Source of the DNA: Torpedo marmorata
Lineage: Eukaryota
Assembly (NCBI GenBank): GCA_977017645.1
Contig: OZ360240.1
Span: 44,454,001-44,518,000, forward strand
Reading direction: 5' to 3'
Length of the DNA stretch: 64,000 bases
In this document: in pieces, positions 33,466 to 48,340 of the stretch
How the letters are laid out: each line of letters opens with the position of its first letter
How positions within the stretch are numbered: position 1 is the stretch's first letter
Program-made: the position numbers and the translations under genes
Notes under the pieces: generated by a model
What the model saw: only the letters and a program-made list of their open reading frames with translations
The model's database searches: none
Told to the model about the DNA's origin: nothing

Positions 33466-34559
33466 CTTGCTTCATGAATTAATTCTATTAAAAAAATCTT
33501 TGTGGGTACAGTTACTAGTAACAGGAATTCTACAGTTGGGTTAAAGTATGTTAACGTTTCCATAATAAAGCTATCAAAAACTTGCAGATCAGCCATTATT
33601 AGAGATGAGGAGGGGGTGACCCCCGCTTATAAACTGCTGAGTTACCATGGCAATCAATTCAATAGAACTGTGAAATAGTTAATTCACAGGCAAACTGGAG
33701 ACTGGAATATCCCATTTGTTGAATCTTATGTTACCTAATAATTTGATCAATGCATTGCTCACATACCAATTACTAAATATAAGAGGAACTCTGCTGTGAA
33801 TTCCAAACAACCAAATGATGTAAATAAGGGTTGCAAAAAACATTTCTATGTGAAGTTTCTATGTGAATTATAAAGTCCAGACACTTCCAGGAAACACTGC
33901 ATTGCATTGACTATAAGACATGTTCAGTAATTATCATATAATCTGGTGAACACTGAGGTGTGCACTTGCATGGTATAGCTGTAATGGGGCAAGAACATTA
34001 TTGTGCTCAGTTACATCAAAATTCAGCTGCAATTGCAAGAGAATGGGCATTGTACTTTTGAAAGTCCCAGTCGAGCCTATGACTAGTGAGTCGCGTGAGA
34101 AGGGAAGTATCAGTGGAGGGTATGGCTTGGATCAGGGAATTAAATACACTCAACAGACACTCTATGGCAGTATCCTGGATGCAGGTGGAGGGTGACAAGG
34201 ATGGAGAGAAGGGATTGGACTTAGACTTGTGTGAGAGCTGTTGGGAGGTAGCTCAGTATTTGGTTGGGAATGACACGATGAAATGACCAGGAAATGATTG
34301 TTAATATGTTTTGTTCAGAAAAATATATTGATTTTCAATTGCATTACACTGAGACAAACAATATAATTACATTTCAAGCTGATTTCTGCCAGGAAGAAAA
34401 GTTCTGCACCTGAATTCCAGGAACATATGATTAGATCAAAAATTACAGCCTTGTCTTTTATCCTGTTGCATTCGCACAATACAAACATATCCTCCCAGGG
34501 ATTTCTCCACAGTTGCCACATTTTGTGTGTGGTTCTGGCCACCATGCCACAGGAAGGAC

Positions 34560-35105
34560 AAATTTGAGAGGGTGTAGATAAGATTCACATGAATGTTGCA
34601 TACACTGGAGGGATTGAGTTGGAGGGAGAGATCGGATAGACTGAGAGTTTATTCCTGGAGAGAAGGAGTTTGAGAAGTGACGATAGAGGTTTATTAAATT
34701 ATGAGAGACATAGATAGGGTAGATAAGCACTGTTTCCATGCCATATAGCACTATGACTCCATATGAAAGCATTGATAGGATAGAGGCTGAGAGGATGTGT
34801 GCTCTTTTAGTATTTAGAATGAGGGAGCACAGATTTCCCATTTAAGCTGAAGGTGGTGGGAATTTCATCTCATAGGGTATTGGGATTCAGAGGAATTTCT
34901 ACCTGTTAGCTGTGAAAGCTGAATCATTCAGTATATTCTGTCAGATTTAAGTCAGATTCTTGCTCCACTTGTAAATAAAAAGATGATTGGGAAAATGTGG
35001 GAAAGCAAAACTAAGCCAAGGTCAGATTGACTCTGATCCAGGTGAGTGGCGGAACAAGCTCAAGGAGTGACAAGGCCTACTCCTACACCAGTTTCTTATG
35101 TACTT
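34560..35105 (+). mobile_element. Old CR1 3' fragment
   Basis: Decayed C-terminal CR1 motifs and ggcctactcct...ttcttatg tail. Confidence 0.55.
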
Positions 35106-35164
35106 ATTTTCTATCCGGTACTGGCAGCTGTTAAGCCTGCTGCCCTTTCCTTTGAATTTATTAA

Positions 35165-35425
35165 TTTATTAATTTTAATTTTTAAATTTAGACATACAGC
35201 ATGGTAGTAGGCCCTTTCAGCCCACGAGCCCGTGCCACCTAATTACACCCAATTGACCTCCAGCCTCGGTACGTTTAGAACGGTGGGATGAAACCAGAGC
35301 ACCCCGAGGAAACCCACGCAGACACGGGGAGAACGTACAAATTCCTTACAGGCAGCGCCGGATTCGAACCCCGGTCGCTGGCGCTGTAACAGCATTGCGC
35401 TAACTACTACGCTAACTGTGCCGCC
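35165..35425 (-). mobile_element. V-SINE
   Basis: Same family as 12484 and 19277. Confidence 0.88.
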
Positions 35426-35724
35426 TCGCCCATTTTCCTATCTCTTCACACAGGCAGGCACACAGATATGGAGAGAGGCAAAAATGGTCAAAGAAATCAC
35501 TTTAGAATAATTTTCCCCTTATTCTCTTTCAGTCTAAAATAACAAGGAAGAGACCACAGGGCCAGAAGATGGGAGGTGGACCCTCTCATGCTCAAAGCCT
35601 AACCAATTAGAGAGGGTTCTCCCGCTGATGGGCATATGGTCCACCCTAGTCCAGTCTGCGAATACCACAGAAGAATTACTGAACCTCCAGGATGAGATAT
35701 TCAGCATGGCAGCAAACTAATATG

Positions 35725-36170
35725 CTGAAAGGTTAGAAAAACTGGACTTATATTCGATGGAGTTTAGGAGGATGAGGGGGGATATGATTGAGGTTTACAA
35801 AATTATCAAGGGGATAGACAGGGTGAAGTCAGATTACTTGTTCACAATGATGGGAGAGACGAGGACTAGAGGGCATAGTTTAAGAATTCAGGGAAGGCCC
35901 TTTAGGACGGAGATGAGAAAAAATTTCTTTAGCCAGAGAAGTGTGAATCTGTGGAATGCTCTGCCACAGAGGGTGGTAGAGGCAGATTCGCTGATTATGT
36001 TCAAAAGAGAGTTAGATAAAACTCTAATGGGCAGAGGATTTAAGGGTTATGGGGATAAGGCTGGTAAGGGGTACTGATAGTAGTGATCAGCCATGATCTG
36101 TAAAATGGCGGTGCTGGCTCGACGGACCGAAGGGCCTACTCCAGCTCCTATTGTCTATTGTCTATTGTCT
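35725..36170 (+). mobile_element. CR1 3' fragment (young)
   Basis: ORF 35757-36077 near-identical to 5355-5699; (ctattgt)n tail. Confidence 0.9.
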
Positions 36171-36174
36171 AAAT

Positions 36175-37560
36175 GCCCTTTGGTCTTTCAATAAGCGAAG
36201 CTCCTTTATTCAAAAGAAAGGGAGACAGGAAACTATCGGCCAGTTAGCTTAACATCTGTCAGGAAACATGCTGTGAGCTATTTTTAAAGATACTAAATCA
36301 GGACAAAAATTCAAGGTAATCAGACAGAGACAATATGGTTTTGTGAATGTAAAATCAAGTTTGACTAATTTCTTGGAGTTCTTTGAAGGAGCAACATGCA
36401 CTGTAGCTAAAGACGATATAATAAAAATTCCAGAAGGCATGTGATTAACCACATCAAAGGTTATTGTGGAAAACAAAAGCTGATGTGCAGGAGGCAACAT
36501 ACTGGCACATACAGAACATTGTTCAGTGAACTGGAAACAGCATTCGTATAAATGTTTTTTTTAGTTATCAAGATGCAATGAATGATGTTCCACAGGGACT
36601 GGTGTTGGAGCCACGAGCTTTTACAAGCAAAGACCAAATGTTTGGCCACAATGCTTTGATATACACGACTGGGATGAAGCCACTAAAGAAAATTGTTGCT
36701 AATTTTGCTGATGACACAATAGTAGATAGGAAAGTGAGTTGTGAAGAGGACACAAGGAGGCTGCAAAGGGATATGGACAGAGAAAAGGTCAAAAAGAAAT
36801 TGACTATAATGTAGGAAAGTGTCCATTTTGGCAAGAAAAATAAAAAAGCAAATGATCTGATCTTGAGAGATTACAGAGCTTTCAGATCCAGGAGTTTCAG
36901 GGCACGTCAAACATATGATTTGCAAGACTAGCATGCAGGAGAACCAAGTAATTAGGAAAGCCAACAGAATGTCATCATTCATTGACAGGGGAATGAAATG
37001 CAAAAAGTAAGGAGCTTATGTTTTAGGGCATTGGTGAGACCACATCTGGACTACAGATTGGTCTTCTTAAAGGTGGATGCAGATGCATTAGAAGGAGTTC
37101 AGAGAAGGTTTACTCCACTGTCATTTGGAATGGGCAGTTTGTCTTGTGAGAAATGGTTGGACAGGCTGGGCTTGTATCCATTGCAGTTCAGAAAAGTGAA
37201 AGGTGGGCTTCATGAAACTTATTAGATCCAGAGAGGTCACAAGATCACAAGATAGAGGAGCAGAAGTAGGCCCATTGGCCCATCGAGTCTGCTCCGCCAT
37301 TCTAATCATGAGCTGATCCATCCTCCCACTCAGCCCCACTCCCCAGATTTCTCCTCCTAACCCCTTGATGCCCTGACTAATCAGATACCTGTCAATCTCT
37401 GCCTTAAATATACCCAACGACCTCGCTTCCACAGCCGCAACAAGTTCCACAGACTCATGACCCTCTGACATGAAGAAATGTTTCCGCATCTCTTTTAAAT
37501 TGAAGCCCTTTTTATCCTGAAGGGTCTTGACAGGATGGATACAGAGAGGATGAGATGTCA
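36175..37560 (+). mobile_element. Older CR1 RT region, with a minus-strand CR1 3' end at ~37235-37500
   Basis: NYRPVSLTS, VPQGLVL, ANFADDT, ALVRPHLDY, LEGVQRRFT remnants; cacaagat repeats at 37238. Confidence 0.75.
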
Positions 37561-37659
37561 AAATAATTAATTATTTCATTTTGCATTGAAAATGATCAGC
37601 ACCTGTGTAATATTCATTGCCTTATTGTTAGTATCCACACTACCTGTCAATGAGAACAT

Positions 37660-37855
37660 GTAGTGAAACACAAAAGTCTGAAGATGCAGTGATTAAAGTA
37701 AAAACACAATGCTGGAGAAATTCAGCAGGTCAAGCAGCATACAAATATATAGCAGAAATAAAGATACATAACCAACGTTTCGGGCTTGAGCCCTTCATCG
37801 AGGTATGAGCAAAATGTAGGCAGGCATCTGAATAAAATGGTGGGGAGGAGGAACA
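37660..37855 (-). mobile_element. Penelope-like terminal repeat with variant hammerhead (37768-37808)
   Basis: Minus strand cauaccUCGAUGAaGGGCucaaGCCCGAAACGUUgguuaug. Confidence 0.78.
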
Positions 37856-38429
37856 CGTGGTCTTTCATATGGAGAATATAATTAAAGGCTCAAACCCACT
37901 AATCTGGCTGAACCACAGAGTTGGATTTGCACTGTCAGGAGCAAAGGTATCTCTGAGGGCAAGATTCTGAAGTCACCTTCTGTTAATATTAACAGTGCAG
38001 AATGCAGCACAGTGCCCACATTTTAACTGCGAAATTCAGGAAATCTTAATTTTAGACACAGGACTCAGAAGTTCCATAGAATAATAAATACTGACAAGCA
38101 GCCCTTGCCCCGAACAACTGTAAGTTGTTCCAGATGTTGAAGGAGGAAATGCCACAAAATAAAGTTTAGCTTCACAGGACGTGCAGAATATTAAATGACC
38201 CACCTACTGCTCTCAACTCAACAGTAGTAAGTAATGTTGTAACAATCCTAATTGATTTTACATACATGCACTTCTCTTCAATTTTGTCGCCCTTCGTAAT
38301 GGTATTGAAAATGCCCGTCATTTTAAAATCTTAACTTTATTGCAAGGTTATGCTTTTATTGTGAGTTTAGTTTCTGGTTAAAATAAACAATATGCTATTT
38401 TAATTCAGTTATCATGATAGCCTATTCAG

Positions 38430-38895
38430 TTAGCCAATGAGGTGGGATTGAATTGCCTGGGACTTTGCCGACTGGAATTCAGTAGAATGAGAGGGGATTA
38501 TTGAAACATATACAATTATGAAAGAGATAGATGAGACTAGAGCTAGGGAACATAGCCTCAAAGTTATGAATCTCAGGGTTGTATGTGATGTCATGTATGT
38601 ACTCCGACAATAAATCTAAAAGGTTTGGGGGAGTAATTTAGGATGGAGATTAGTAGGAACTGCTTTTCAAGAGAGTCATGAATATGTAGAATTCTCTGCC
38701 CAAGGAAGCAACATGGGATGCCTCACTAAATATATTTCAGACAGAGTTAGGTAGATTTTTTGTATAATAGGGAAATTAAGGGTTATGGAGTTGGTGGAGT
38801 TGAGTCCACGGCCATATCAGACATGATCTTATTTAATGGAGGAGCAGGCTCAACAGGTCAGATGTCTGAGTCCTGATCCAATCTCTTATGTTCCT
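38430..38895 (+). mobile_element. Old CR1 3' fragment
   Basis: gaatgagagggga...aaacatat, attctctgccc, tail ...ctcttatgttcct. Confidence 0.6.
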
Positions 38896-40454
38896 TTGAA
38901 CACTCAATTTTGTGATTTGTATTGTGTTTGACTAATGCATCAGATGAATAAACACCTGGTCTAGAAATCTTTTAGCTTTTGAGCTGTTAGAGACAAAGAA
39001 GTGCTTTGCTGTTGCTATTGATGTCATCAGCTTGCACTACAGGACTCACTGCAGAAAAAAGCCTTTAGGGGAGTTAAAATAACAGACAAAAGAATTTAAT
39101 GCAAACACATTTAATTTTGCTGTGTTACTCTTTGCATTACCTCAATGTCAGTGGTTTTCAAGGAAATTATCCTAAACAAATATGATAAAGGAAAACATTT
39201 GTGAAGTCCATGGATCCTTTGTTACAGTTGTGTACTCGGGAGTTTACCTCATCACAACACTGAATTTTAATGCAGATTCTTTGTGTGACCTTTCTGCAAC
39301 CATTCACCTTGGTTGAGACTGTTCAACCTAGACCCATTCTTAGTTACCTGGTGCTATCGGCTTGCTCCCCTTCCTCATTTGCCTGCTGGCATCGAAATCA
39401 TTAGAAGTATGTATCATTGAAAAAAATACAACACAGAAGGAGTCCAAATGAACCATTGTGTCTGAGTTAGTTAACAAGAGCTGCCCAATCTAATCTCACC
39501 CAGAACAAAGTTCACAGCCCTGTAGATCATAATTCTTCCAATACACTGCTAAGTACTTTACAAATGTGATGAGGATTTTCACTCCTACTACCCTTTCAGT
39601 TCGTGAAAATATTTCTGAGTGAAAATATTTCTTCATCTCTCCTCTATTCTTTCTATTATCACTTTAAACCTATTTACTTTATCTAAATCCTCATAATTGA
39701 ATACACTTAGGCCAGCATATGGAAATGTTTGGAAATTGCAGTATGTCTACAAATTTTACTCTATTACTTTTCACCAAATTTGTACTTTGTAGCAGATACA
39801 ATCCAATTTCTAGCAAGCCAATTTTGCATATAGTCAGCTGTTCCAAGCCACAGTGGGATAATAACCAGATCCGTTTAAGAGTAGCTCAAGTAAAGGTGTT
39901 CCAAATAAATAGAGTTCAGTAAAGCAACTAGGAAAAATTGTTTTCAATCTTTGTAACTGAAGGACATATATTTAAGATTAGCAAGAAATTATTAGAATGT
40001 CATTAAAATATTATATTTTTATTTGGAAATATGTCAGAAGGAACAGTTTAAGCAAAATCCATACCACATTTCAAAAGCAATGAGTATACTGCACATGCTT
40101 AAACTTCAGTGAGTTGCCATAGCTTTATATATCTTTTCACTTGATAAACAAATGAAGCAATGAAACTGTTTACTGTGAAAATGACTCCTGGATGACTGAT
40201 AGGAAGATTAAGAACGTCTTAACCTTCTGAGCAGGGAAAGCAGTATACATATGGAGAATAATAGCATGGGAATAGAATGTAGATGCCAGTTTTATTGCAA
40301 GCTGCTGTAATTCAAGCTACAAAGAAAGTTGAACATGAGGGGAGATGAATATGATATTTTTGTTGGTGGGAAACATAAACATTAGGGTATAAACAATCGT
40401 TAAGTGAACAAAATTACCACTGTGTTGAAAAATATTTTAAGTTGACTTGCCTGG

Positions 40455-43400
40455 GGAGCACGTGATGTGCTGAGGTGACAGGGTCAAAATCCCGAGCCTC
40501 CCAGAAAAAGAAAGTAAAAGAAGGAAAAAAACCATTATTTTGCAAGGATTATAGAAAAAACGATACAGAAGATGCCACGACGGAAGGACTTACCAGCAGC
40601 TTCAACCTCCGAGGTCCGTAGTGCTAAAAACACAGTCGGGAGCAGAGGCCTGCTCTGAAGAAAAAGCCGGGGGCGGAAGTTCAGCACGTCCCCCGCAAAG
40701 AAGCTTCACCCGACGGGCTAAGTAGCAGAGTGCCCTCGGGGAAAACGAGGAAGCACTACGGAAGAACTGGACACAAGCCGAGACGGGCTCACCCACGACT
40801 CGGCTGTTGAGACTATTCGGGCGGAGGGGAGGCGCGACTCCGACTCGAACAAAGAGGACAGCAACACAGAGAACAGTGATGGAGGCCAGGAAGATTATAC
40901 TAGCGCTAATGAAAAGGAGAACATGGGGGCTGGTAAAGGAAAAAAACAATTAAAAAAAGAAAACTTCTGATATTATCAATGTCGACTTAATGAAAGTCTT
41001 GCAAAAGAATGGGAAGATAATGAACAAAAAATTTGAGGACTTAATGTTAGAATGAGTAAAGTAAGAAAAGATATTGGAAATTTAAATGAAAGAGTAAATG
41101 ATGTGGAGGAAAAAATGGTGGACACAATAGACAGAGTGGAAAAGACAGAGGACGAAATAACAGGATGGAGTACAGAAAGGAAAAGAATCTGGGAAAAATT
41201 GGATACCCTAGAAAATTTTAGTAGAAGAAATAACATAAAAATAGTTGGAATAAAAGGTAGAAGGTACAGACCCTGTGCATTTCCTTCAGAAATGGATTCC
41301 ACAAGTTTTGGGCACGGAAAATATAGGAGAAACAGTTGAAATTGAAAGAGCACATAGAACCCTTATGCCGCGCCCTGGATTGGACCAAAGACCTCGTTCT
41401 ATCCCGGTAAAATGTTTAAGATATCAGGATAGGGAAAAGATATTAAGAACAGCCATGATGGGAGCAAAAACAAGAGGGGGTCCATTAGAAGTGGACGGCA
41501 AAAAGATACTTTTTTACCCGGACTGCATTATTACAACACAGACGTGAATTTGACCCTTTGAAGCACATCTTCCGACAAAAAGGATACAACTTTATTTTAC
41601 GACACCCAGCGACTTTGAAAATAATATTGCCGGGTGGAGAGAAGAAATTCTTTTCGGATATTAAGAAAGCTAAGGAATTCCTAAAAAAATTATCAGACAT
41701 AACACAGTATTTAAAAAAAAAAATGAAATGGATTTTCTCCTGAAATTGTAACAATTTTTTGTTCTATCATGTCTTTTTCCTTCTGTAAATACGTATATAT
41801 GAAAAAAACATTATTAGTAAATATTCTGGGAGGGCTGGGGAGGACAGAAGTTGTTTTCTTCAGCACAAATGCGTGTGTATGGGTGTGTTAGACCGACCTG
41901 TATGGTAGAGGGAGGTGGTGTCACTTCCTTTTTGTACACCAGTTTTGTTAAAGGGAGGGGTTCCCCTTTGTTTATATTCACAACTTTTCTATTTTCTATC
42001 TTTGTTTACTTTAAAACTGACACTTTGGGAATTAGTCGTCTTACTCCAAATGGCAAGAAATGATGGGTTCTTGAGGAATGGATATGGGGAGAGGGGGGTA
42101 AAAGTTTCTCTACTTGATAGGGACCTTCAAGGTAAATAGCAATACAGTAAGATATATTTGTTTTAATGTCAATGGTTTAAATGGACCTGTGAAAAGAAAG
42201 AGTCCTGGCATATATCAAAAAGATAGGAGTGGACCTGGCCTTCCTTCAAGAAACTCATTTAACAGAAAAAGAACACCAAAAATTTAAGAGATCATGGGTG
42301 GGCCAGGTCATAGCATCTTCATTTAACTCAAAAACAAGAGGAGTAGCAATTTTAATAGGGAAAAATGTTCCAATTAAAGTGCAAGACGTGATTGCAGACC
42401 CTTCAGGTAAATATATAATGGTTCACTGTCAGATATATTCAGAGCCCTGGACCCTGATGAATTTGTATGTTCCTAACACGGATGATGAGAAACTTATACA
42501 TGAAACATTTTTGAAATTGGCTGATGCACAACAAAATATCATAGTGGGTGGAGACTTTAATTTCTGTCTGGATCCAGTTCTAGATAAGTCAGGAAGAACA
42601 ATTATAAGGACAAAAGCAGCTAAAGCTACTTTGCAGTTAATGAAGGAGCTGAATTTAATGGATGCCTGGAGAAGACTCCATCCAAGGGAAAGGGACTACT
42701 CTTTGTATTCATGCAGATATAATTCATACTCCAAGATAGATTTATTTTTGACATCAGTTCAATTACAGAGTAGAATTGTGGCAGTTGAATATAAAGTGAG
42801 ACTACTATCAGATCACTCACCTTTGATATTAAAAATTACAATGCCAGATAAACAAAAGACAGTGTATAGATGGAGATTAAATTCAGGGTTGTTGAGAAGG
42901 CAGGAATTTTGTAAATTTATTAGGAAAGAAATTACAACGTTCTGTGAGACCAACTGTACTTCTACTACCGATAAATTTATTATTTGGGATACTTTAAAAG
43001 CATATTTGCGAGGACAAATAATCAGTTACACTACAAAGATGAAAAAGGAATATACAAGGGAGGTGGATGAATTAGAACAGGAGATATCTCATTTGGAAAA
43101 AGACCTTCAAAAGTCAGGCTCTGAGCAAAAACGTAGAAAATTAATGAATAAAAAGCTTAAGTATAACACATTACAAACATATAAAATGGAGAAAATTATA
43201 ACCAGAACTAAACAAAAATACTATGAGCTAGGGGAAAGAGCTCAAAAGGTCGTTGCCTGGCAGTTGAAAACAGAACAGGTCTCAAAAATGATTAATGCAA
43301 TTAAAATGGAAACAGACAGGATTTCCTATAAACCACAGGATATTAATGAGGCTTTTAAACAATTTTACATTAGATTATATGAATCAGAATCTCAAAGGAA

Positions 43401-46399
43401 TATTAATAAAATAGAAGGATTCCTGTCACAATTAGATCTTCCAAATCTAGATCTAGAAGAACAGGGGGAGCTCAATGCCCCCTTTACCCAAGCAGATATA
43501 GAGAGGGCACTGGGTTCATTGCAAATTAACAAATCTCCGGGGGAGGATGGGTTTCCACCTGAATTTTATAAAGAATTTAAAGATCTTTTGATACCTCTAC
43601 TTATGGAGGTGTTGGATCAGGCGGTCAAGACACATACCCTCCCGGAATCATTCTCAACAGCAATAATTACAGTGATACCCAAAAAAGATAGGGATCCATT
43701 AAAACTGTCTTCTTATGGACCTATTTCATTATTAAATTCAGATTATAAGATTATTGCAAAAGCCTTGGCAAACAGACTGGCAGTTTTTTTTTGCCAAAAT
43801 TGATAAATATGGACCAAACAGGCTTTGTACAAAAAAGACAAATAGTGGATAATGTAAGAAGATTGCTTAGTATGATACATCTGGCACAATCAAGAGGTGA
43901 TCAAGGTGTCGCTGTGGCCCTGGATGCAGAAAAAGCTTTTGATAGAGTGGAGTGGGACTTTTTATTTATAGTGCAGAAACGATTTGGACTTGGACAGAAT
44001 TTCATAAACTGGATTAAGACTTTCTATAATAAGCCCCAAGCTAGAGTTGTGACCAATGGACAAATTTCTTCAGCATTCCCATTATCCAGATCTTCTAGAC
44101 AAAGCTGTCCACTGTCTCCAGCTCTTTTTATTTTGGTTATAGAACTGTTAGCGGAAGCTATTCGGCGAGATCCAGACATTAAGGGATTCAGGATTAACCA
44201 GGAAGAGCATAAAATTAATTTATTTGCTGATGATGTACTATATACCTGACAGAACCAGCAGTATCATTGGAAAAATTGCATTTAAGATTGTAAGATTATG
44301 AGAAAATTTCAGGTTAAGATAAATTGGGACAAAAGCGAGATTATGACACTTACGGGTGGGAATTATACTCAATACCAAAGGAATACTAATTTTAAGTGGC
44401 CGGCAAATAGAATAAAATATTTAGGTATTAAAACAAATAATAACTTACAAGATTTATATAAGTTAAATTACCTCCCCTTGCTTAGAAAAGCTGAAGAGTA
44501 TCTTAATAGATGGACGGCACTACCAATAACACTTATTGGTAGGGTCAACTGTATAAAAATGAATATATTGCCACGGGCCCAATACCTTTTTCAAACACTA
44601 CCTATACCATTGCCTCGAAGGTTCTTTCAAGATTTAAATAAATGTATCAGGAAGTTTATTTGGAGAGGTAAGGTAGCTAGAGTCTCCACTGAAAAATTAA
44701 CATGGAGATATGAACTGGGAGGGTTACAACTCCCAGATTTTAAACAATATTATTGGGCAGCCCAAATGAAATTTGTCACCTCCTTTTTTGAAAGGGGAGA
44801 CAAGTCCTCTTGGGTAAAGATGGAACTGCATAAGGTGGGAGAGAGGATAGCAGAAGACTTTATATATAAATGGGATAAAAAAATTAATATCCGGTGTGAA
44901 AGAAACCCCCCTGTTGAAACACATAATTGATATTTGGCATAAAATAAATTATCAGATTGGGAATAAGGGAAGGTTATCTCCAAAAACGCCCCTGGCTCAA
45001 AATAGGCTTATACCTTTTACAATGGATAATAAGATCCTGGACACCTGGTCCCAGAAAGGGATCAGATGTGTCGAGGATTGTTATGAGCAGGGACAACTTG
45101 TGTCATTTGAACAATTAAAAAATAAGTATGGTATTATGAACAACACACTCTTCTGTTATTTCCAGTTGAGATCTTACCTAAGGGATAAATTGGGCCTTTT
45201 AATGACCTTACCGAAATGCAGTGAAGTGGAGATTTTGATCCGAGAGGGGATCACAAAGAAGTTTATTTCAGCAGTCTATCTCTTACTACAAAAAGGAAAC
45301 CCTAAACAGGGGCTACATAGATCTGGACCAGTGGTTCTCAACCTTTTTTATTTCCACTCACATACCACCTTAAGTAATCCCTTACTAACCACAGAGCACC
45401 TATGGCATCCTATACCATAGGTGCTCTGTGGTTAGTAAGGGATTACTTAAGGTGGTATGTGACTGGAAAAAAAAAGGGTTGAGAACCACTGATCTAGACA
45501 GAGATGGGAGTCAGACTTGGATATAATAATTAATGAACAAACTGGCCCGACTTATGTCGGGACAGTATGAAAAATACAATAAATATGAGATACAGACTGG
45601 TGCAATATAATTTTTTGCACCAGTTATATCTCACACCTCAAAAATTGAATAAATTTAAATCAGAAATATCAGATAAATGTTTTAGATGCGACAAAGAAAT
45701 AGGAACGTTTTTACATTTAACCTGGTAAATCCTTTCTGGACGGATTTAGGGAAACTCTTAGAACAAATTACAGAAATTCAGTTCCCACAACGCCCAGAAT
45801 TATTTCTATTGGGAAATATCTCTAATATAAGACCTAAGATGAGGCTGTCAAAATTTGAAATAAAATTTGTAGAGATAGCATTGTTGGTGGCCAGGAAATG
45901 TATAGCGGTCACATGGAAGTCTGATTCCCATCTAGGTATGTCAAGATGGAATGAGGAAATGTACAGTCATGTTCCCCTTGAAAAGATTACCTATAATCTT
46001 AGAAATAGATATGATATATTTTTAAAGATTTGCCCTCCGTATTTACAATATATGGCTGTTAATCTATAGCTATGCCCCCCCCCCTCGCCTCCAGCACCTA
46101 TGTCCGTTTCCTCTTTAAAAATCCAAGTATGCCAAGTAATTTAAGCCTGCGGGGTGGACGACGAACCTCCAACGTCTTCTTTCCTTTTCTACTTCAACCT
46201 TTTCTTATTCCATTCTTCTCCTTTCTTTCTTTTGGGGGGGAACTTGGGTGGGTGGGTTTTCTTTGTTTGTAATTTTGTTGTTGTTTTTTAGTATAATAGT
46301 CAGCATATGAATATTATATTCAATGATGTATTATTTTTGTTATTGATAATATGTTTGGCTTTTAAAAAAGAAAATACAAATAAAATATTCAAAACAAAA
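40455..46399 (+). mobile_element. Full-length but frameshifted L1 (older subfamily)
   Basis: ORF1 pieces (LENFSRRNNIKIVG, IERAHR) and ORF2 pieces 42229-46069; TSD aagttga(c)ttgcctgg at 40439-40454 and 46400-46414; A-rich tail. Confidence 0.93.
45329..45491. mobile_element. Palindromic hAT-Charlie-like MITE inside L1 ORF2
   Basis: Near-complete foldback cagtggttctcaacc...ggttgagaaccactg; TSD atctggac / atctagac. Confidence 0.9.
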
Positions 46400-46462
46400 A
46401 AGTTGATTGCCTGGATATCTTGCAAAACAAAGCTTTTCTCTGTATCTCAACACTGGTGACAA

Positions 46463-47188
46463 TGTGATAGTCAGCCCGCACAGTAACAACAGAACACACA
46501 CAGCAGAACCACGGAGCATACAACCAACTTTATTATATTATGCTAGTGGGAGTAAGGGATGCAAAGAGGTGTAGATGGTGTCACCCGTTCTTTGCACTGA
46601 ACCTCACTCCAAGTACACAGTATTTTGGCACACCTTATATGGTTCTTTTTGGCAGTACACTTTTCACAAGTTGTTAAACAGGTTGTTTTGAAGTTGATTG
46701 TTCCTGTTTCTTATTAGCATCTGTCTTTGTGGTTTTTGCTTAGGAATGTAAATTACTGACATTAACAGTTAATCCCATTTAAGTTTCGGTCCTTACATAT
46801 TTAAGGCAACGTCTCGAGGGTTTGTTTCTAATATATATCAAGCACCTTTGTTTCTGCGTAGCTTTGGTTTTGATCTCATTATCCAATATTAATTATTTAT
46901 CTGCAGGGTAAATCAAATCTTTAACACACACAAAGTAAAGGAAGTTTCTCTTAGCGTTTGACATTCCTGTGTGATATTTCTGCATTCGTTTATATGAATG
47001 GTAATTGTCTATCTGTAAGGCTAACAGATCTCTTATCAGTCTGCATAAGGCAGTGGCTCCTTTCCGTTTATATTAATGGTAATTGTCCACCTGTAAGGCT
47101 AATGAATCTTTTATCAGTCAACATAAAGCAATGGCTCCTTTCCTTAACGTTTGTTGTTCCTCTGTGACTTTTTATAAATTCTTTTACA
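46463..47188 (-). mobile_element. Probable solo LTR (726 bp)
   Basis: TG...CA ends; 4-bp TSD acaa (46459-46462, 47189-47192); on the minus strand a ~78-bp tandem duplication (46986-47143), TATA-like atataa (~46635-46640) and aataaa (~46528-46533) in U3-R-U5 order. Confidence 0.65.
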
Positions 47189-47257
47189 ACAATAAACAAT
47201 TCAATGTTTGTGGAAATGGAATTATTAGTCTTGAAAACAATGCATTGTTGCACAGAA

Positions 47258-48340
47258 CAAGTCAAGTCAAGTCACCTTTATTTGTCGTTCATACCATATA
47301 CACAGTAAAGACGAGATAGCGTTTCTCCAGGACCATGAGTAAATTTACATAAATAGCACAATACAATAAAAATCTATAACATGTTTATACACATATATAT
47401 CTAAAAATTGAGGAGCCTGATGGCTTGGGGGAAAAAACTGTTGCACAATCTGGAGGTGTGAGCCCAAATGCTTCGGAACCTCCTTCCAGATGGCAAAAGG
47501 GAGAAAAGTTTACAAGAGGGGTGTGAGAAGTCCTTCACAATGTTATTTGCCTTTCGCGTGCATCATGTGTTGTAGATGTCCGTCATGGTGGGAAGAGAGA
47601 CCCCAATAATTTTCTCCGCTTACCCCACTATCCTCTGCAGGGTTTTACGGTCTGAGATGGTACAGTTTCCAAACAAAGCGGTGATGCAATTGCTCAGAAT
47701 ACTCTCAATACATCCCCTGTAGAATGTAGTAAGGATGGAGGGTGGAAGATGAACTTTCCTCAGCCTTCGCAGGAAGTAGAGGCGCTGCTGGGCTTTCTTG
47801 GCTATGGAACTAGTGTTGAGGGACCAGGTGAGATTCTCCGACGACCTCAACGGTAGAGCCGTCCATGGTCAATGGAGAGTGATCCCCCGGGCCCTCCTGA
47901 AGTCGACAAACAACTCTTTTGTTTTATTTACATTCAGATGCAGGTTGTTGACTCTGCACCAGTCCATTAGCAACTGCACCTCATCTCTGTACGCTGACTT
48001 ATTGTTCTTGCTGATATGTGATTCAAGCTGTGTTTTGCTGCACAGTCATGTGTTAGCAGAGTGAACAGCAATGGACTAAGCACACTGCCCTGGGGGGCCC
48101 CGTGCTCAGTGTAATGACCTTAAGTGCTGTTTCCAATCCGGACTGCCTGAGGTCTCCCCGTCAGGAAGTCTAGAATCCAATTGCAGAGGGTGTTGTTTAG
48201 GCCCAGCCGGCTCAACTTTCCTATCAGGTACTGAGGTACGATCGTGTTGAATGCCGAGCTGAAATCAATAAACAGCATTCGAACATACGCGTCCGTATTT
48301 TCCAGGTGGGTGAGGGCTAGATGGAGGGTGGTGGTGATGG
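47258..48340 (-). mobile_element. Rex1/Babar-type LINE fragment
   Basis: [48 protein letters not shown]; (caagt)n tail. Confidence 0.88.

Noticed and set aside
34016-34260. Possible ancient PLE RT remnant on the minus strand
   Set aside because: Only weak resemblance (PSTCIQDT); not enough to call.
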